Made by a program: the position numbers and the translations under genes. Below, in pieces: positions 30,473 to 40,759 of a stretch of DNA of 64,000 nucleotides (position 1 is its first letter; each line of letters starts with the position of its first letter). Under the pieces are notes generated by a model. The model made no database searches. It saw only the letters and a program-made list of their open reading frames with translations, and was not told where the DNA came from. Source of the DNA: Escherichia phage fp01. The stretch lies in sequence record NC_048731.1; one strand, written 5' to 3'.

Positions 30473-31849
30473 TTAAGACGCAGCGTAAGCACCAGATACA
30501 ACGCCATTACTAAAGTAACGTTGCAGGTTAACACGCTGAGTAACGTAGTACGCATCACGCTGTTTACCAGCTTGGCGCTCACGTTCAACAGTAACAGCGC
30601 GCTGACGCGGCATTACGAAGTTATCTTTATAAACAATAACTGCGAACTCTTTATCTACTGCTTTAGCTGGGAAGTACTCAGAAACTACAACCGGCAGACC
30701 ATAAATACGACCAACCTGACCTTGCAGTTTAACAGCATCGTTACCAACCTGGGCAACATCCTGCCATTCTTCATCTTCTAGCAGGTCGTAGTAAGCATCC
30801 ATAGATACGATCAGTACCAGTTTGCTCAGTTTCAGACCATGACGGCCAAGTTTACGACGCAGTTTAGAAATAGTTTTAGCAGTTACCAGAACAGTACCAT
30901 CAGCTTTAGCTTCAGTAGTAACTTTAGCACCATCGTCTTCAGCCAGTTTCAACAGACCTTTCGGTTTACCAGTACCATCACCAGTCATAAACGCTTCTTC
31001 GATAGAAACAGCATGTGCTTCAATCAGACGCTTACGCAGCAGAGGCAGCAGAGAGAAGATTGCATCTTCTTCAGTTTCATCAGTGATGAAGGATTTAGCA
31101 GCCAGTTTGTAGGTTTTAAAACTAATTTCAGTTAAAGTACCCTTAACTTCTTCACCAACAGTAGCATCAGTACCATATGAACCAGCATCTACCCAAGTAG
31201 CTTTTCCAGCTTCAGGCTCAACCAGCATAGTAAGAATTTTGCTGGACATTGGCAGTTCATCGAACAGTGCACCAACTACTAACTCTTTCTGCAGGTCACG
31301 AAGAATACGGGTAGAGAAAATAGTTTCATAGTTTTCACTGGAAACCTGTACAGAGGAAGAGGTATTAACAGCTTTAACGTGGGCCTTACCATGTTCAGTT
31401 TCAAATACGTCCTTCTCCATCATATAGGACAGAAGAACTAGTTTTTCAACTTCATCTTCAAAAGCTTCCTGAGTACCGTACAGTGCTTTAGCTACACTAT
31501 CACCAACGAAGGAACGACCTTCACGAGCTGCTAGCAGAGATTTAATTTCATCCTGAAGACCAACAATAGTTTCCTGCTGTTTTTCTACAGTCTGTGCAAA
31601 CAGTTCTGCGCTCTTCTTGGATTTTTCATCCAGGGACTTAACCAGCTCCAGAGCTTGTTCCAGTTTCTGACGATCTTCGCCAACTGCTTTAGAAACCAGG
31701 TCATTCATACGAGCCAGTTCTTTTTCTTCCTGCTCTTTACGCATACGTTCAGCTTCGGCAGCTTTCTGAGCAGCGGTCAGACCTTCCAGAGATTTAGCCA
31801 GATCACCCAGACCAAGTTCTTCTTTCAGCTTATTAATATCAATAGTCAT
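30473..31849 (-). CDS. major capsid protein with N-terminal scaffolding (delta) domain (T5 pb8-like, 458 aa)
   Basis: N-terminal coiled-coil 'KLKEELGLGDLAKSLEGLTAAQKAAEAERMRKEQEEKE', then HK97-like body; lies after protease gene. Confidence 0.8.
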   Translation of the reverse strand: MTIDINKLKEELGLGDLAKSLEGLTAAQKAAEAERMRKEQEEKELARMNDLVSKAVGEDRQKLEQALELVKSLDEKSKKSAELFAQTVEKQQETIVGLQDEIKSLLAAREGRSFVGDSVAKALYGTQEAFEDEVEKLVLLSYMMEKDVFETEHGKAHVKAVNTSSSVQVSSENYETIFSTRILRDLQKELVVGALFDELPMSSKILTMLVEPEAGKATWVDAGSYGTDATVGEEVKGTLTEISFKTYKLAAKSFITDETEEDAIFSLLPLLRKRLIEAHAVSIEEAFMTGDGTGKPKGLLKLAEDDGAKVTTEAKADGTVLVTAKTISKLRRKLGRHGLKLSKLVLIVSMDAYYDLLEDEEWQDVAQVGNDAVKLQGQVGRIYGLPVVVSEYFPAKAVDKEFAVIVYKDNFVMPRQRAVTVERERQAGKQRDAYYVTQRVNLQRYFSNGVVSGAYAAS

Positions 31850-31866
31850 TTTTAAATAATTCTCCG

Positions 31867-32499
31867 TTATTCTTTAACGTAGCCTAAAGCTATCGCAAGT
31901 TTTTCTAGTTCAGAAAGATTACGTTCTTGAGCTGGGACAGCTTTAGAACTTATTGCAGTAAAAGATTTGCGCCATTCAGTATAATCATGACCATTCATAC
32001 TCTTAGCGAGATTGAATGTTGAGTCTTGATTACAAGGTACAGAAACTACCGAAACTTCGTATAGTTCTAAATCTTTAATAATAAATATATCAGTAGCTTC
32101 ATCCCACTCTGCATCTAGGCAGCGGAATCCGATACTAAAAGTTTTCAGTACACCGTTTTTAATTAGTGAAAAGATAGCCGGATCAGAACTTTCATAGATC
32201 TCGCATTCGATTTCGAGACCCATTTCAGTAGGATTAAGATCAATACACTTGCCGATTGGACGACGATGGTCGTGTCCGAAAAGAATAATCGGGTTTTTCA
32301 TGTAGTTAGCAAGTGCATTAGATGTTTTCCATGCCGAAGCAGGAATCACATCACCAGCACGATCTTTACTAATTGTATTAGCAAATCCACGGATTTTTAC
32401 AACACCCTCTTTGGATTCGCTATCAATAGATTTAATATAAGCATCTAAATGAACCGGTGCTGATTTTAACTTATTATAGTCAATCGCAGCGTTTGTCAT
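31867..32499 (-). CDS. prohead protease (T5 pb11-like, 210 aa)
   Basis: Position between portal/decoration and capsid genes; size. Confidence 0.65.
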   Translation of the reverse strand: MTNAAIDYNKLKSAPVHLDAYIKSIDSESKEGVVKIRGFANTISKDRAGDVIPASAWKTSNALANYMKNPIILFGHDHRRPIGKCIDLNPTEMGLEIECEIYESSDPAIFSLIKNGVLKTFSIGFRCLDAEWDEATDIFIIKDLELYEVSVVSVPCNQDSTFNLAKSMNGHDYTEWRKSFTAISSKAVPAQERNLSELEKLAIALGYVKE

Positions 32500-32502
32500 T
32501 TA

Positions 32503-32985
32503 TTAGCCTCCAACACCGGGATTAACAGTAGCCACACACTCGTTAGAAGTAATAGAAACGGATTTACTATCCGTTACCACAACTTTATAAGTGCCAGCAT
32601 CTTCCGCAGCAGCTGTAGCTTTGTTAAAGTTAGGACCAGTAGCACCACTTAGCGGGGAACCATCTTTAGTCCAAGCATAAGTATAAGGTGCTGTACCTCC
32701 AGTAACTGTTACACCAAGATTAATTGCTGCACCAGTTTCAACTGTTAGAGTTTTAGCTAAATTTTTAGTGAAGGCTAGAGCAGGTACTGCTGGACCAGCC
32801 TTACCATAAGCCTCTACAAATTTCTTCCATACTTTGCGGTTAGTATGCGCAGATGAAAGTCCTAGTTCTCTACGCAGAAAAGCATAGCTAGGAACATATT
32901 TATGCGCAGCAACCGTAGCAAAGAAGATATGAGATTCTGGTAGTTTTTCACCAAAAATGGTCTTTAGACCACTATAATCAATCAT
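32503..32985 (-). CDS. capsid decoration protein with Ig-like domain (T5 pb10-like)
   Basis: C-terminal 'VTVTGGTAPYTYAWTKDGSPLSG...GTYKVVVTD' Ig-like repeat. Confidence 0.5.
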   Translation of the reverse strand: MIDYSGLKTIFGEKLPESHIFFATVAAHKYVPSYAFLRRELGLSSAHTNRKVWKKFVEAYGKAGPAVPALAFTKNLAKTLTVETGAAINLGVTVTGGTAPYTYAWTKDGSPLSGATGPNFNKATAAAEDAGTYKVVVTDSKSVSITSNECVATVNPGVGG

Positions 32986-34199
32986 TCTTTATCTCCCTCG
33001 GTGGAACCTTGAGGTCTACCACCTTCTTGACCGGATACGCCTGTTGCAGAACCAGCGACGTTAGCAGGAATACGAATCTTATTCATCTGCTCATCATCTA
33101 AAGGCTCAAGGTTCAGCTCTAAACGAGCTTCGTTACCAGTTATAATACCATTATTAACCAATGAGGTTAAATGTTTAGCCTCAGATTCTTTATCTGGTGT
33201 TAATGCAGCTACTTCCTTAGTATTAGGAGTAATCTTATAACCAAAAAAGAAAGTAAGAGAACTAGTCAGCTTGTTCAGCATAGGGATGATAGTCATATAA
33301 TAGAACAGTTCGATATTTGGTCGAATGTTCGCATTATTACCACCATCAAGTAGCACTTGCGGAACACCAAAGGCTAGACAGATAGATTTATTAAATCCTT
33401 CAATGTCTTCCTTAAAGTCTAGATCTTTAAAAGAGGATATTTGGGAGTACGGTTTAGCTTTCATACCACCATCTAGAATCAGGACAGAGGACTGACCAGT
33501 ACTAGGATTATAATCTAGTTGCAATTCTTCTTGTTTACGCTCACGCAATTTCTTGTTCAGGATTTCATCCGTCTCAAGAATAAGACCAATCACGGTTCCG
33601 TTATCGAGGAATTTCTCTTTAAAGTTAAGCATCTTAGAACGCTTCTCAAGAGAATCAATAACAGTAGCAACACGAGATTGTCCAGAAATTTGAGAATTTG
33701 TGCCGCACACGTAACTGTTATCCTTTATAAAGATAATCTCATCTACGCGATAGTCTATCTGATTATTAAATATAAATTTTTTGATAAACTTATTGGCATC
33801 TGCCTCTACTTGCATTAGTGCAGCAGGGACATGGTAAAGTGCTGTGCCATCCCAATAGATGTATGCACAACCTTCAAAGAGTAGGTCAGTGACTACAAGT
33901 CTACGGAATGTGCTTATATCCATGAATGGATTAGGTCGTACATTTAAGAGAGTGTCTAGAGTCTTTGTCTTGATGCCATTGGCATATGTGACAATATTAT
34001 ATTTATCTCCGACAGTATAAGAACACTCCGCCGCACTATCTATAACCATATTAGCAGTTCTATTGAGAATCTCAATTTTACTGTAGGCTTGTCCAGTGGT
34101 AAAAGGCTTACGGTTAGTGCGATGACTAACTGGTTCCATGTCTCTTATAATACGTTGACCCGGATTTAGCTTTTCAGTAATCCAGCTTTTAAAACCCAT
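32982..34199 (-). CDS. portal protein (T5 pb7-like)
   Basis: 405 aa downstream of terminase large subunit; size and position. Confidence 0.7.
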   Translation of the reverse strand: MGFKSWITEKLNPGQRIIRDMEPVSHRTNRKPFTTGQAYSKIEILNRTANMVIDSAAECSYTVGDKYNIVTYANGIKTKTLDTLLNVRPNPFMDISTFRRLVVTDLLFEGCAYIYWDGTALYHVPAALMQVEADANKFIKKFIFNNQIDYRVDEIIFIKDNSYVCGTNSQISGQSRVATVIDSLEKRSKMLNFKEKFLDNGTVIGLILETDEILNKKLRERKQEELQLDYNPSTGQSSVLILDGGMKAKPYSQISSFKDLDFKEDIEGFNKSICLAFGVPQVLLDGGNNANIRPNIELFYYMTIIPMLNKLTSSLTFFFGYKITPNTKEVAALTPDKESEAKHLTSLVNNGIITGNEARLELNLEPLDDEQMNKIRIPANVAGSATGVSGQEGGRPQGSTEGDKE

Positions 34200-34636
34200 T
34201 ATAAGAACCTTGCGAATCCTGATTTTGTTTCAGTCTTGACTTGTGTCTTTTCTTGAGGATTCTGTAATTTGTCTTTCTGCTTTTGAACCCACACTTTTTG
34301 CTTATTAGCAGAAAATAAGGGAGGTTCTTTTGTGTAAACCTTATGTAATAATTGGTGATGGTGTACACAAAGGGTAACAGTGTCTTCTACTAGCTCATGC
34401 CTGTATCGATCATAGAATGCCGTCCTATTTGAAAGGACTGTTTCTTCGTCAGTGAAATCCAGTTGGAGTTCTTTAGCAAATTTTTTAACTAGTAGAGACA
34501 CCGTATGGTAATGATGAAGCTCTAATTCTTCAGCACAACCGCAGATAGCACATTGAGAGTCTTTTTTATATTGACTTTTTATTCCGTCTCTCATAAGGGA
34601 TATAGCATCGCGTTTATATTTTACATTGCTTGCCAT
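34199..34636 (-). CDS. HNH endonuclease
   Basis: 'CAICGC...ELHHYH...LCVHHHQLLH' Cys/His HNH-type motif; likely start 'MASNVKYK' with 'GAGGAG' RBS. Confidence 0.5.
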   Translation of the reverse strand: MASNVKYKRDAISLMRDGIKSQYKKDSQCAICGCAEELELHHYHTVSLLVKKFAKELQLDFTDEETVLSNRTAFYDRYRHELVEDTVTLCVHHHQLLHKVYTKEPPLFSANKQKVWVQKQKDKLQNPQEKTQVKTETKSGFARFL

Positions 34637-34750
34637 AGTGTTCTCCTCAACTGTATGAATATAGTATACATAATCGTATCGAATTTGTAAAGGGGATTTT
34701 AAAATGCAGGAATGGGATACCAACTGAGTAGTATCCCATCCTATACTTAT

Positions 34751-36067
34751 TTATTTACCACGGGAAATAGAGTAAATTCCATAGCGCAGAGCATCACAAA
34801 GGTGAGAGTTAGCATCATGACGTGGTTTTTCACGTGATAATTTCTCTTCGCCTTCTTGGAAATCCCACTTGTAGTTCTGCAATGCATGGATTAATGAAGA
34901 GCATGAAGCGTCTACAATAATCTTACCCTGTTGGAATAGTGCTTGTAAACATGCTAATCCATCTAGGACAGATTTTTTAGCTGGAGCTGATGCAATTTCA
35001 TGTTCGTAAGCTAAGTCCTGGCGGAACTGAGCTGCCGCGGAATCAACGAAGATACGATCTACGTTATAACGATCTATACAGTGCTGAATATACGCAGCAT
35101 GCTGAGCTGTAGTTTTCTCTGCCTGCTGGTACTCTTCTAATACATAGTAAGTATCTGTATCATAATGATACTTGATAGTAAGAACTGCTGTAGGATCACG
35201 ATAACCAACGTCAATGCCAAGCAATGTTTCGAATGCTTCATCATCTTTAAAGAAGTGACGCATACCTTTAAGGTCTTTAACATGATCGATAGCATTAAAG
35301 GTATCAAAGATCTGACCTTCGAATACAGAGAAGTCAGCCTCATATTCCTGACGGAAGTAGTTTTTACTAACAGTACGACGTGCTTCTTCGATGTCATTCA
35401 GGTCAGCACGTGGATTATCACGATATGTACCATGAATAGACACCCAGTTAGGTAATGTATCATCAAATCCATAGGCATAAAACTCTTTAAACCAGTTACC
35501 ACCACGAGGAGTAGAGATAAATAGAGCCTTAGAATTAGGTTTATCTAGAGTAGGGCGCAGCTGAACCCTAAAGGCATCACCACCCACATCGGAAATTGCC
35601 GCCTCGTCAAAGATGATAAAATCATATGAACGTCCAACTGCGGAGTCCGCCTGAGCCGCAGAAGCTAGTTTAAATAGAGAACCATTAGCTAACTCAATCT
35701 CTTTATCTTTAGCATTCTCACGTTCAGTTTGCAACCCATACTTCTTAATAAGACCACGAATCTGAGACCATCCGATATTGGCCAGTGAGTAGTTAGGGGC
35801 AACTACTAGCACCTTCACATTAGGTTCCAGCAATTTTAGGAACCCAAGTGTATATGCTATAAAGGATTTGCCTACACGACGTGACACACACGCCGTTACA
35901 AAACGATGTCTAGGGTCCTCTAAAGCATTAATAATTGCTATTTGAGGACCATTAGGTGTAATACCTTCTTGCGCTAGTATTCCTGAAACCGGTAGACGAA
36001 AGAAACGTTTGTCTATTCCGAAATCAATAACATCTACTGTATTAACGTAGGGTCTTGATACTTCCAT
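34751..36067 (-). CDS. terminase large subunit
   Basis: Walker A-like 'SRRVGKSF', Walker B 'DFIIFDEAA', C-terminal RNaseH-like nuclease acidic residues; 438 aa. Confidence 0.85.
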   Translation of the reverse strand: MEVSRPYVNTVDVIDFGIDKRFFRLPVSGILAQEGITPNGPQIAIINALEDPRHRFVTACVSRRVGKSFIAYTLGFLKLLEPNVKVLVVAPNYSLANIGWSQIRGLIKKYGLQTERENAKDKEIELANGSLFKLASAAQADSAVGRSYDFIIFDEAAISDVGGDAFRVQLRPTLDKPNSKALFISTPRGGNWFKEFYAYGFDDTLPNWVSIHGTYRDNPRADLNDIEEARRTVSKNYFRQEYEADFSVFEGQIFDTFNAIDHVKDLKGMRHFFKDDEAFETLLGIDVGYRDPTAVLTIKYHYDTDTYYVLEEYQQAEKTTAQHAAYIQHCIDRYNVDRIFVDSAAAQFRQDLAYEHEIASAPAKKSVLDGLACLQALFQQGKIIVDASCSSLIHALQNYKWDFQEGEEKLSREKPRHDANSHLCDALRYGIYSISRGK

Positions 36068-36549
36068 TACTTCTTACCTCCAGTAGCTAGGGAAGTAATT
36101 AAGTCCATGTAGTTTTGATCCCCAGCTCCAGCAATAATATTATTCTGGATGTTGGTCTGATTGGCTGGAGTACGGGCTGCTGCCTTCACTTTCTCCAGTT
36201 CTACCATCATTTTCATTTCTTCCATCTTCATCTTGTGTGCCTTCCAGAGAATATCCATAATATCCTGGTCAGAACCCATGCCGGTTTCTTCTAGCTCCTC
36301 TAGTTTACGCTTGATAACTTCATCCAGAACACCAAATAAACGATCTCTGTTACGGAAACCACTCTCCATAAAAATATCATTTAAGTAGTTCTTAACTTCA
36401 CTACGATTCATAATATCTCGAAAAGCAATTTCGGACATCCCAAGACTACGTGCGGCAGAAGGCACATCGCTGCCGCACTGTAAATAAGCTTCAATCACAT
36501 CCATCCCTTCAGGGGACATAAGATCTGGTACTAATACATCATTTGCCAT
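36067..36549 (-). CDS. terminase small subunit (putative)
   Basis: 160 aa immediately upstream of and coupled to the large subunit gene. Confidence 0.5.
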
Positions 36550-36559
36550 ATTTCCTCCT

Positions 36560-38317
36560 TTAGGTAAGGCGTTGAACTGTTACTCTTAATCTAGGTAGGA
36601 AAACCGCACTACCTAAACTTACGTGCATAACTACCCCTAACTCTACATTTCCATTTCCTAGATTTTTAACTGTATATGTGAAACTATTTCTACTTAGTGC
36701 ATTATTAGGTGTGTATCTAAATGCAGATGTAGTATGAAATGGTACTAAGTAACCTACAGGTAATGTTAAAATCTGGTGGAATATTGCATCTCCATTACTA
36801 TAGCTATAAGCCCTTCTTCCCTGCACCTGAAATACACCGTTATTCCATGTATTAGCCGGAACACCAGCACAATTAAGATTACCAGATATAACTTCAGTAG
36901 TAAGAATAACGGTAGCATTACCTCCTGGAATTCCTAGTCCAATAGTAGATAGAGCCACGTATCTGTCTCCAGTTCCGGGGTAGTAAGGGGTAATATCATC
37001 CCCCATGTAAGAACTACCAACATTTCCACTAAAAAGTCTCAGAGGAACTGAAGAAGGCCCCCAAACAACACCATGTTCATTACCAATAGTATTATTACTT
37101 GAGTTTACGTACCATTGCTTACCCGCTCCGAATTTGTAAATACTAATTTGAGACTTAGCCCCTCCATAGTCTACGGGAGACCATAAACTTCCATTACTAG
37201 AGCCTACAAGTTCGCACCTTGCAGTGGTATCTCCAAAGGCTCCAGTGTACGCTGCGTTATTTCCGACGTATTCCATATCTGGCCTATAGCCTAAGTTACC
37301 AAAAGCATTCTGGTTAATAAACTTATATCCAGTATTCGGTAAACTAACCCCTTTTATAGTAAAATTAGAGGGGGAGATAAGAATATCTGAACCAGTAAAA
37401 GGATTACCAGAGATACCCATATTACCATTAGAATACCTCAGATTAAGTACATACCAAATAACCTTAGTAGGAGTTATGTTATACCAATCCTGTAATATTG
37501 TAGCATTACCAGATTGATTAGCTAAATTAGTTGTAGAACCCCTACAAACAAATCTGTTACCTCCATCGTGGTACATAGTATTTACGCTACCAGGAAGACC
37601 TTGTCTTACCCCGCCATACCCACGTATGTTAGAGCTACAAACATAGAACCAATCGTGTCCTCTGTGTGCTGATCCTAAAGGAGACATCCATCCCGGATCC
37701 CAGTAATATGGATTATTACCATCTATAGGTACTGTACTACTATTAGTAGGAAAACCCAGCTGTGCAAAAGCTTCTGCAACAGTAATACCTACTGGAGCTC
37801 CTGCACCTGGCCTAACTATACCATGATAAGTACTATGTAGGGTGGTCCCACCAGTACCATTTCTAGAGATAGATTCTTCATGCCCTATAGATGGGTTATA
37901 GTTATATGTGCCAGATGCCAGGCTATTACCAAATGCAAATCCACTAGTTTGGGAAACGCTAGCAAAAGATCTAAAAGGATCTGCTTGAGTGGCAACTATA
38001 GTTTGACCTACTTTACTCTGAGTACCATTAAGAAAAGCCCTATGAGTACCATTAATCTCAATAGCAGTTAGTATAACTCTACCTGGGTCATTGGATTTAA
38101 TATTTATTATGTCAGAGGGCATCTGACATACAAAAAACCCATTTCCAGCATTTCCTAACCCGGCCTCATAAGTACCATCAACTAGGACAAATGGCATATC
38201 ACTATGAAAAATACTATTGGCATTTGGACTATAGTGACGATTAATGTCACCCCCAGATTCAGTATTTAAAGATAGTACGGTCTTACCATCGCTATATTTT
38301 CCAGCGAAAAAACCCAT
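36560..38317 (-). CDS. receptor-binding tail protein (T5 pb5/Oad-like)
   Basis: 585 aa Gly/Asn/Ser-rich beta-type protein at the end of the late module, divergently paired with an Llp-like lipoprotein gene as in T5; 'AGGAG' RBS. Confidence 0.55.
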
Positions 38318-38402
38318 ATAATCTCCTATTATAAAAATGTATTTGCTTTCATCCCTCTATTTTGCTATAATAGATTCATAAATTAGAAATGGAGAGATAA
38401 AT

Positions 38403-38669
38403 ATGAAAAAGTTTGTGATTGCACTAGTTGCCGCAGTTATGTTATCTGGTTGTGCACCTGCTCCCAAACCATTTTGTACTGGATTTGTAAAATCTTTTGG
38501 TGGTGCGGGAGAAGAACATTACGGTCTCAAGATTCAAAAAGTTCGTATTAAGGGAGATCGCTTCCCAGTAGTACAGCTCCGTACTAAGTTTGGGTGGTGG
38601 GATCTCAGTCAGTTTGACCTTAAATATGGTGATTGTAAATTTAAACTAGAGCAATCTAACTACCTGTAA
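38403..38669 (+). CDS. llp: superinfection-exclusion lipoprotein (Llp-like)
   Basis: Signal peptide with lipobox 'LSGC'; small size; divergent from the receptor-binding protein gene. Confidence 0.6.
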   Translation: MKKFVIALVAAVMLSGCAPAPKPFCTGFVKSFGGAGEEHYGLKIQKVRIKGDRFPVVQLRTKFGWWDLSQFDLKYGDCKFKLEQSNYL

Positions 38670-38844
38670 TTAGTATAAAGCAAAAAGACATCCAAGTAAA
38701 CTAAATTTTTTATTTTTTGGATGGTATATTGGCAGAAACCACTATGCAAGAAAAGTAGAAGTCCTTCTAGGAAGTCACGAGTATGGTTGGTTATGCACAA
38801 ACTATAAAATATTCCAAATACAACATTTACGGGGCACGAAAGTT

Positions 38845-38973
38845 ATGTCAAATAAAAGAAAGAGCAGACGCGGAGAAGTGTATGATAGCTGGATAAATAG
38901 TTTTGGGTTCGGAACTATCTTATTCTTTATTTTCGTAGGTTTTTGGTTAGCAGCTATGGCGGGGTGGATTTAA
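38845..38973 (+). CDS. small membrane protein (42 aa)
   Basis: 'MSNKRKSRRGEVYDSWINSFGFGTILFFIFVGFWLAAMAGWI'; stop overlaps next start (TAATG). Confidence 0.3.
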   Translation: MSNKRKSRRGEVYDSWINSFGFGTILFFIFVGFWLAAMAGWI

Positions 38974-39077
38974 TGGGAGTAGTAATTATTGTTTTACTAA
39001 TTATTGTAATTCTAGGGCAATGTGTCTTGGATAACCACTTAGCTCGTATTGAACGTAAGCTGCGGGAATATAAATAA
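38973..39077 (+). CDS. small membrane protein (34 aa)
   Basis: 'MGVVIIVLLIIVILGQCVLDNHLARIERKLREYK'; start/stop overlaps with neighbours. Confidence 0.3.
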   Translation: MGVVIIVLLIIVILGQCVLDNHLARIERKLREYK

Positions 39078-39322
39078 TGTTTAGTATTATAATTGCTTTT
39101 ATTATCGGGATACTCGCGGGAGTTTTCGGGACGACTGCGGCAATCAACAAGCATCGTAAATATATTGCGGGAGTGACGCGGGAGATTGCGGAAAGGGAGC
39201 GGAAGTTTGACGAGAAACGTGCGGAGTTTGAGCGAGAGTGGTCGGATGGATCTCGGGCGTCGCGGAAGAGATTCCGTGAGTTCAGGCCAGAACACAGGTT
39301 TGATGACCCTTCTATGCGCTAA
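39077..39322 (+). CDS. small membrane protein with charged C-terminal tail (81 aa)
   Basis: N-terminal TM helix 'MFSIIIAFIIGILAGVFG', Arg/Glu-rich tail. Confidence 0.4.
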   Translation: MFSIIIAFIIGILAGVFGTTAAINKHRKYIAGVTREIAERERKFDEKRAEFEREWSDGSRASRKRFREFRPEHRFDDPSMR

Positions 39323-39436
39323 TTTGACTTTTGCCAAATTTCATAAGATTACACATGGAGGTGTGCCCAGTGGGTTGGGGGAGAATACTTAGTCTGCTAA
39401 CCGCCACCCCCGTTACTATTACCTTGCTAACTGTTT

Positions 39437-39471
39437 CATCCTGTAACCATTTTAATTACAGGATGAAACTA
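39437..39471. terminator. strong hairpin (13-bp arms) downstream of dmp-like gene
   Basis: 'TTTCATCCTGTAA-CCATTTTAA-TTACAGGATGAAA' perfect inverted repeat. Confidence 0.45.
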
Positions 39472-39486
39472 TGTCAACTTTAATTA

Positions 39487-40221
39487 TTACGCAACTTTTA
39501 ATTTCTCAATATATTGTTGCGGGCTGCAACTATATTCTGCGCGTTCTTCCTCGGTCATACTTTCCCAACATAATTTCAAACGATCGGCTAGGAACTGATA
39601 ATCATTATCATCCTCGAGGGATTCATCAATAAAGGTTCCGCCTATCAATGCCACGCCGATTGATAGAATATCATTAACGGCTTGCGCATCTAGCGTTTTA
39701 AATCCATATGACGCAGCCGCTGATAATACACCTTTATGATCATCAATCATTGTAAAATCAGCGTTCGGATATAGCTGTTTAAATAATTCAAAGTAATAAC
39801 TTTTGTATACTGCGTCCTTGCTGTGGTATATCTCGCTAACCTTATCAGCCTCAAAATATTTATGCAGTGTATCGCGGGAAAATACACGGATATTACTATC
39901 ACCACGCCCGCGCAATCCTTGTTTGCGCAAATAATAATAATCCGACTTGCTCATCAGCCGAGCGGTGCAAATAATGTTTAAAGTATTTGAGTCATTCATA
40001 CATTGGCGCATATATTCCACCAAAGGTAATAAGGTGTCTTGCATTATTAAATCATGTTTACACGCTTCATTTTTATACTTATTTAAATTTAAATTCCCGT
40101 CGCTATCAAAGCAAGGCGCTACACGATGGAAAGAATTAATGATAGTGCCGTCCAGATCCCAAATCATGACGCGGGAAATATGCGGGAAATTACGGGAAAT
40201 ATTCATAATAGCTTTATTCAT
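39487..40221 (-). CDS. dmp: HAD-superfamily 5'-deoxyribonucleotidase (T5 Dmp-like)
   Basis: HAD motif I 'IWDLDGTI'; 244 aa; sits downstream of the A1-like gene in the GC-richer island. Confidence 0.6.
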   Translation of the reverse strand: MNKAIMNISRNFPHISRVMIWDLDGTIINSFHRVAPCFDSDGNLNLNKYKNEACKHDLIMQDTLLPLVEYMRQCMNDSNTLNIICTARLMSKSDYYYLRKQGLRGRGDSNIRVFSRDTLHKYFEADKVSEIYHSKDAVYKSYYFELFKQLYPNADFTMIDDHKGVLSAAASYGFKTLDAQAVNDILSIGVALIGGTFIDESLEDDNDYQFLADRLKLCWESMTEEERAEYSCSPQQYIEKLKVA

Positions 40222-40300
40222 TTGTTACGTTCTCCATTAAAGGGATGTAGTTTATCCAGCACTGCCCGCTATTTATAAGCGGGCAATAATAAATCAACTA

Positions 40301-40693
40301 TCAAAGACCATAAGCCAAAGCATCGGCGATAAAACTAATATCTTCGCCGGATATATGGGAACGAATACCCGCGCAGATATACACCTTTGCGCTTGATAGC
40401 TGATCATCAAAGCAAGCCGGACAAGGCGCGACAACTGCAAACGCAAGGCCAGCTTTCACGGCGTCAATGATAATCGTTTCTTGTTTCACCGTATCAACAT
40501 AAACGCCTGCGGCCTTGATGTAACTACTTGCGCGGCCTTGCGTATAGGCGAAAGTCGTGATCTGTAGCGCCTCATTAAATTCGATTAAATCATCAACAAC
40601 GTGACCGGCCTCAACGTGATACCGCTCACCATTAGAATAAACCAGAACGATTGAGGATTGAGCGCGATCGAATGGAATATTTTGCTTTTTCAT
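40301..40693 (-). CDS. hypothetical protein with HxE...PCxxC motif
   Basis: 'YHVEAGH' and 'APCPACF'; start 'MKKQNIPF' with leader 'TTAAATTAATTGGAGTTT'. Confidence 0.5.
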   Translation of the reverse strand: MKKQNIPFDRAQSSIVLVYSNGERYHVEAGHVVDDLIEFNEALQITTFAYTQGRASSYIKAAGVYVDTVKQETIIIDAVKAGLAFAVVAPCPACFDDQLSSAKVYICAGIRSHISGEDISFIADALAYGL

Positions 40694-40759
40694 ATTTATA
40701 AACTCCAATTAATTTAATAAGGGGCATAAGCTGGAAGTATTTCCAGCTTATAAATTTAA

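Noticed and set aside
38954-39337. 127-aa minus-strand ORF
   Set aside because: Arg/Ser/Pro-rich low-complexity product antisense to three coupled small membrane-protein genes on the plus strand that have start/stop overlaps.
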